This document shows, one piece after another, positions 58,966 to 64,000 of a stretch of DNA of 64,000 bases (positions within the stretch are counted from its first letter, which is position 1; every line of letters begins with the position of its first letter). Made by a program: the position numbers and the translations under genes. The notes under the pieces were generated by a model, which had not been told where the DNA came from, made no database searches, and saw nothing but the letters and a program-made list of their open reading frames with translations. The DNA lies in NCBI GenBank assembly GCA_965279035.1, contig OZ257142.1:4128001-4192000 (forward strand), in the 5' to 3' direction. This stretch comes from Bacteroidia bacterium (GTDB lineage: Bacteria; Bacteroidota; Bacteroidia; M30B66).

Positions 58966-58992
58966 AGAACGAGTCGGGAGTTCAATGAAGAA

Positions 58993-59898
58993 TTATTTCA
59001 AATTGAATTTAAAATTCCCCATGAGTTTTCCATCGAGGTAAATCTCAGAAATATAAAGTCCTGAATTTAGATCTTCTAATTGATCCCAATCGAAAACAAC
59101 TTCTTCGCGATTGTTTGAATACTGAACAACTTTACGAAGTGTATATTCTGATGAACGGCCATCTTCTTTGGTAAATGATCCGCTTGCATTGTTGGGATCG
59201 GTAAGAGCGTAACCATCTGGTTTAATAATGCGCAAAACCACTTCGCGATCTCCTTTCGGTGCTACTTTATTCTCGGCAATTACAAATAGTGTTGAGATTC
59301 GGCTTACACGCTTGGCCTTGGTGGTTTCTTCCATTCGGCCTTTTCCTTTATCTCTGAGCGTTTTAACAGAAATACTTTCAGCTTTTAGCACAGAAGCTAG
59401 TTCCACTTTCTGACTTAAATCCTTTTGAGTTTTATTTAGATTATCAACTTCTTGAGTTAGGTTGATGTTAGCAAAACGAAGCTCTTTGTTTTCTTTAATC
59501 AATTGATCAATTTGTTGACGATAGCCATCTCGAATGACTTTCATTTCAGCAAGTTGACGTTTTAATAAATCGATGTCTTTGTTTTCTTTAATTAAGAAAT
59601 CAATTTTTTGTTTTTGTTTGGCGATATCTCCATTTGCTTTTTCTAGTAAGCTATCGAGTTGAATATTTTTTCCTTTGAACTGATCTAATTCAAAAGTCAT
59701 TGCTTGGAAATCATTCTCGAGTGATACTTTGAAGGAATTAAGCGAATCTACTTGAGCGCGTTCTTCAACAACTTGCTTTTCGGCTGTAGTAGAACGATTG
59801 AGTAGATATACGTTTCCAACTACCGAAACCAAAAGCAGGATACTTAATATCCAAACTAAGCGGTTGTCTTTTTCTTTTTTGTCGGTCTTCGCTTCCAT
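58993..59898 (-). CDS. Membrane-anchored coiled-coil protein
   Basis: N-terminal TM helix, long heptad region and a C-terminal beta-rich domain. Confidence 0.7.
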   Translation of the reverse strand: MEAKTDKKEKDNRLVWILSILLLVSVVGNVYLLNRSTTAEKQVVEERAQVDSLNSFKVSLENDFQAMTFELDQFKGKNIQLDSLLEKANGDIAKQKQKIDFLIKENKDIDLLKRQLAEMKVIRDGYRQQIDQLIKENKELRFANINLTQEVDNLNKTQKDLSQKVELASVLKAESISVKTLRDKGKGRMEETTKAKRVSRISTLFVIAENKVAPKGDREVVLRIIKPDGYALTDPNNASGSFTKEDGRSSEYTLRKVVQYSNNREEVVFDWDQLEDLNSGLYISEIYLDGKLMGNFKFNLK

Positions 59899-60059
59899 AA
59901 ATTAACCAAGAGATACGTTTGTGAAAGTTTCTTAGCGCTGCAAAAATAACATTTTTTAAAGGGAGCAGCTTTGATAGGAGAGTTAATTTCGAATGAAACT
60001 TACACAGACTCAAATCCTTAATAAACTGACAATTAAGAATCTTACATCCGTTTTTTAAA

Positions 60060-61343
60060 TCATTCGTTGAGGTTATATTTCTTTTTGTATTTGGAATATA
60101 ATTCTTTCTGATCGGTATCAATACTCACAGCTTTACCATCAATATACACTTGAATAACAGACGAATACATCATATCCAAGGCATTCCCTTCGGAAATAAA
60201 GAAACAGGCTTTCTTCCCAGTTTTGAGACTTCCTTCCTTTTTATCGATGGACAAAATTTTGGCGGGATTGAGTGTGATTAATTGGAGTGCTTCAGCTTGA
60301 TTTAAACCATAAGCAGAAGAAGTTCCAGCTAAAAAACCCAGATTTCGTGTTCCCATGGCTTCCATATCTCCGTCATAGGAAAGAGCTACTAGTATTCCTG
60401 CTTGCTGGAGTTTTGCCGGAAGACGAAATATTTCTTGAGGAATTTGGTCGGGCAAATCGGGCAAACGGTGAATGCGAGAAAGAATTACAGAAACGGAGAA
60501 TGCTTTCAACAAAGGAATGACTTCGGCACTTTCGGCACCGCCAACAATGACAATGCGTGGAATTTTAAATGAAGCTGCAAATAAAACGGCATCACTGATA
60601 TCGCGTGCTTTATCTGCATGTAGATACAAGGCTGCTTTTCCAGAGAATACGCCTTTCATCGATTCCATGCGCACATTCTTAGGTGTAGCATCTTTCAACT
60701 CAGCATAGGCTTTGGCTTCACGGAAAAAATCTTGAAGGAGAGCAATCTGTTTCAAATTGCGATTGCTATTTCGTCCACCAGTATCTGCTGGACTTAAATG
60801 AAACGGTGCTTCTGGCCAATTCACATGAATTCCATCATCCGCATAGCGAACGGCATCTTCCCAATTCCAACCGTTCATTCTGAAAACCGAGGAGCTACCA
60901 CTGATTAATCCTGCCTGCGGACAAGCTTGAACCGTTAAAATTCCATTGGCTCGCACCGTTGGAATAATGCGTGAATCAGTATTGAACGAAGCCAGACTTC
61001 GAACGTGTGGATTCAAGGTTCCCACTTCTGCATAGTCGAGTGTGGCACGAACAGCATCAATCTCACGTAAACCGATGGTGCTATTTAGAGCGATAAAACC
61101 CGGATAAATGTGTTTTCCTTCCACATTTACAATTTTCTCGTATGCCGATTTGTCGATACGAACAACCCGAGCATCTCCAACAAGAACTATGGAATCGCCA
61201 CGTATTCCGAAAACACCATTTTCGATAATACCGTTTTCGGTGTGAATAGTTGCTCCTTGAAAAAGGATGGAAATGGGTTCTGTTTGAGCAAACAATTGCA
61301 CTTGAATAATCAAACTCAGAATTAGTAAATAGGCATTTCTCAT
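60060..61343 (-). CDS. Secreted amidohydrolase-family protein
   Basis: GKHIYPGFI, ITLNPAKIL, GSLKTGK. Confidence 0.8.
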   Translation of the reverse strand: MRNAYLLILSLIIQVQLFAQTEPISILFQGATIHTENGIIENGVFGIRGDSIVLVGDARVVRIDKSAYEKIVNVEGKHIYPGFIALNSTIGLREIDAVRATLDYAEVGTLNPHVRSLASFNTDSRIIPTVRANGILTVQACPQAGLISGSSSVFRMNGWNWEDAVRYADDGIHVNWPEAPFHLSPADTGGRNSNRNLKQIALLQDFFREAKAYAELKDATPKNVRMESMKGVFSGKAALYLHADKARDISDAVLFAASFKIPRIVIVGGAESAEVIPLLKAFSVSVILSRIHRLPDLPDQIPQEIFRLPAKLQQAGILVALSYDGDMEAMGTRNLGFLAGTSSAYGLNQAEALQLITLNPAKILSIDKKEGSLKTGKKACFFISEGNALDMMYSSVIQVYIDGKAVSIDTDQKELYSKYKKKYNLNE

Positions 61344-64000
61344 TTTGAAACCTCCTCTTCCATTAAATCACCAGTGTATAAATCTTCGCAATGATATTCG
61401 TGTCGTTTTTTAGGTAGAGGAGTTTTTAATTTTTTCCCTTTGCCTCCAGCTTTTAAAAGTTTTGCTGTAATACGCGCCCGTTCTGCATTTGCCTGCTTTT
61501 GAAGCTCTTCATTTCTAACTGCATCGTAGTAGCGAATTCCATCTACAAACGTCATTTCTACATGTGCTGAAATGGAAAGCGGATTGTCGCTCCAAATAAC
61601 TATGTCGGCATCTTTTCCTGCTTTTAAACTTCCCGTGCTGGCATCAATTTTCAGCATACGAGCAGGATTGATTGTTACCAATTTCAAGGCTTCTTCTTGT
61701 GTTAATCCACCGTACAAAATGGTCTTCGCTGCTTCTTGATTTAAACGTCGTCCCATTTCGGTATCATCGGAATTAATTCCCGTGTTAACACCCATTTTTG
61801 TTAGAAGAGCAGCATTGTATGGAATGGCGTCATTCACTTCAAATTTATATGCCCACCAATCGGAAAATGTAGAAGCATTGGCGCCATGTGCTTTGATTTT
61901 ATCAGCCACTTTATATCCTTCGAGAATGTGGGTGAATGTATTCACATGAAATTTCATGCTATCGGCCACGTGTAGCAACATATTGACTTCCGATTGCACG
62001 TAGCTATGACAGGTAATATTTCGTTTGCCATCGATGATTTCGGCAATTGCATCCAATTCCAAATCGCGACGGAAAGGCTCCATTTTTATACGTTGTGAGG
62101 CACTTGCCTTTTCCCATAAAGCGCGATTTTTCTGATATTCTAACGCACGTTGAAATGCATCAAAATACACTTGCTCCACACCCATGCGAGTTTGTGGAAA
62201 TCGAGAACGTTTGGAATCGCCCCAATTACTCTGTTTCACATTTTCACCCAAAGCAAACTTGATGTGCCCCGGAGCATTTTTATTCTTCATTTCTTCGGGA
62301 GTTTTTCCCCAGCGAAGTTTGATGACAGCCGATTGTCCACCAATAGGATTGGAAGAACCATGAAGCAATTGCGCCGAAGTAACACCACCTGCTAATTGAA
62401 AATAAATACCCGGATCGCTGCTTTCGATTACATCGCCGATGCGAACTTCTGCTGTATTATTTTGACTTCCTTCATTCACACCACGTGTAATGGCGATGTG
62501 CGAATGTTCATCAATAATGCCCGGAGAAATATGCTTACCCGTTGCATCGATTATAGTGATTTTTGCCCCTTTGGGAGATTGAGAAGAAACATCGAGGTTT
62601 TGACCAATGGCGATTATTTTTCCTTGATGAATGAACAAATCTGTATGTTCTAATTTTCCTGCTTGATCGCTTGTCCAGATAGTTGCATTGGTAAACAAAA
62701 CGCTTTCTTCCTTCAAGATACTGTCTGAACCAAATCCACCAAATGGGTAATTCAAGTGAAGTGAATCGACCGTAAAATATTGACTTGTATCGGCTTTGGT
62801 GCTGTCTTTATATGATTCGGTAAAACGGGCAATCCAATTGAATTCTTTTCCAATTGAATTAGCTCCTTTACCAGAAATATTCGTCTCATTTTCTGTTGAG
62901 TAAATGCTTCCATTGAGTCGAATTGGATCTCCAAAAGATGAATGAGTAAACTGAATATCGACGCGACTTCCATTGATATTCATGCTCACCTTTGAAGATT
63001 CTTTCCCAACAAGTAGATTGGCTTCAGGCTTCGATGCAGATTGACGAATATCCAAGATCGATTCGGGAAAACCATCGGCAGTAAGTGTCCATTTTCCTCG
63101 GAGATCTTTTGGTTGATAAGGCTCTGCATCGTACGCTATACCTTGAACCCAGGTTTGAACTATGCGATTGGAAGGATGGAAAAGCGTATCGCTCGAAAGG
63201 AAAAAGCTGGCTTCCATTCCAGTTTTGATTGAGCCAATTCTATTTTCTGCACCTATCATTTTCGCTGGCGATGAAGTAAGTGCTCGTAAAGCTTCTTTAG
63301 CGGGAAGTCCAGCTTTAACAGCTTTTGAGAGCATATCCATGGTTTGACTTACGTCTTTCAATCCAGCAGAAGAAAATGCAAATGGAATTCCTAAGCGATA
63401 TATTACTGCTGCGTTTGTTGCAGCGGCTTCCCAATGCATTAAATCGGCAAGAGGAATATGTCGGGCTGCATAGGTATCGTTTACATCCCAACCTTCGGGA
63501 AGGTTTAAAGGAAGAATCAATTGAACGCCTGCTTCTTTTATTTCTTCACTTCGTTGATAGGCATCATCGACTCCAAATACGATGAATTTCTTTCCAAACT
63601 CCTCCCCTATTTTGGAAACGCGAAGTATGTCTTCCCAATTGGAGCAAGTGAAAATGGCAGGTATTTTTTCTTGCTCTTTGATTGCTTCATACGATTGATT
63701 GGTATATCGTGCATTTCCACCTTGAGCATACCATTGAGCATCATACATCGTTTGGCGGAGAAGTGCGATGCTTCCCATCAAAGAGGAAGGATAATCTTGC
63801 GATGAACTTCCTTTATCGAAAGAATAAAACGAAGCAGCTTTTTCTTTCAGAATGACTTCTTGCTGTTTTTTATCCGCCAGGCTAACCAAAACTCCTGTCC
63901 CACGCATGATTCCGTCTTGTGCATGGCTCAACATTGAACCAAAACCAGCTTTCCTTAAACTAGCTGCTCGGGATGCATCAACACTGAAATTTTCTACTGC
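61340..64000 (-). CDS. Large amidohydrolase-family protein, 5' end outside the window
   Basis: PGIIDEHSHI, NSDD, TINPARML, GKDADIVIW. The frame stays open from 63934 to the window end. Confidence 0.85.
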   Translation of the reverse strand, partial: AVENFSVDASRAASLRKAGFGSMLSHAQDGIMRGTGVLVSLADKKQQEVILKEKAASFYSFDKGSSSQDYPSSLMGSIALLRQTMYDAQWYAQGGNARYTNQSYEAIKEQEKIPAIFTCSNWEDILRVSKIGEEFGKKFIVFGVDDAYQRSEEIKEAGVQLILPLNLPEGWDVNDTYAARHIPLADLMHWEAAATNAAVIYRLGIPFAFSSAGLKDVSQTMDMLSKAVKAGLPAKEALRALTSSPAKMIGAENRIGSIKTGMEASFFLSSDTLFHPSNRIVQTWVQGIAYDAEPYQPKDLRGKWTLTADGFPESILDIRQSASKPEANLLVGKESSKVSMNINGSRVDIQFTHSSFGDPIRLNGSIYSTENETNISGKGANSIGKEFNWIARFTESYKDSTKADTSQYFTVDSLHLNYPFGGFGSDSILKEESVLFTNATIWTSDQAGKLEHTDLFIHQGKIIAIGQNLDVSSQSPKGAKITIIDATGKHISPGIIDEHSHIAITRGVNEGSQNNTAEVRIGDVIESSDPGIYFQLAGGVTSAQLLHGSSNPIGGQSAVIKLRWGKTPEEMKNKNAPGHIKFALGENVKQSNWGDSKRSRFPQTRMGVEQVYFDAFQRALEYQKNRALWEKASASQRIKMEPFRRDLELDAIAEIIDGKRNITCHSYVQSEVNMLLHVADSMKFHVNTFTHILEGYKVADKIKAHGANASTFSDWWAYKFEVNDAIPYNAALLTKMGVNTGINSDDTEMGRRLNQEAAKTILYGGLTQEEALKLVTINPARMLKIDASTGSLKAGKDADIVIWSDNPLSISAHVEMTFVDGIRYYDAVRNEELQKQANAERARITAKLLKAGGKGKKLKTPLPKKRHEYHCEDLYTGDLMEEEVSK

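Overview
AT-rich bacterial chromosome segment, most likely Bacteroidota. This is supported by TAnnTTTG/-33 TTTG promoters, T9SS-type cargo proteins, gldA, a murF-alr fusion and a Bacteroidota-like 16S 3' end. Most of the window is housekeeping: panB, dnaK, hemH, tdk, metK, der/era, a complete minus-strand rRNA operon with tRNA-Ile, tRNA-Ala and a distal tRNA-fMet, pth/rplY/prs, xseAB and sucAB. It also holds an orphan response-regulator cluster, one intact-looking IS4-family element and one IS982-family element. The most unusual signals are non-coding. (1) tRNA-Leu is followed by a stand-alone GIY-YIG nuclease gene and then a second copy of the tRNA plus terminator, in which the D-loop and the T-loop/T-stem junction each carry an 18-nt TCCGATA-NN-TATCGGA palindrome replacing 3 nt. 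(2) Three 400-440 bp non-autonomous elements are bounded by IS982-type inverted repeats and carry a conserved, covarying, pseudoknot-like core. (3) A tRNA-like element in the 16S-23S spacer has a GAAA tetraloop in place of the anticodon loop. (4) Several families of small hairpin repeats recur nested inside other structured elements. Product calls come from motif recognition only, with no database search. rRNA ends are approximate.
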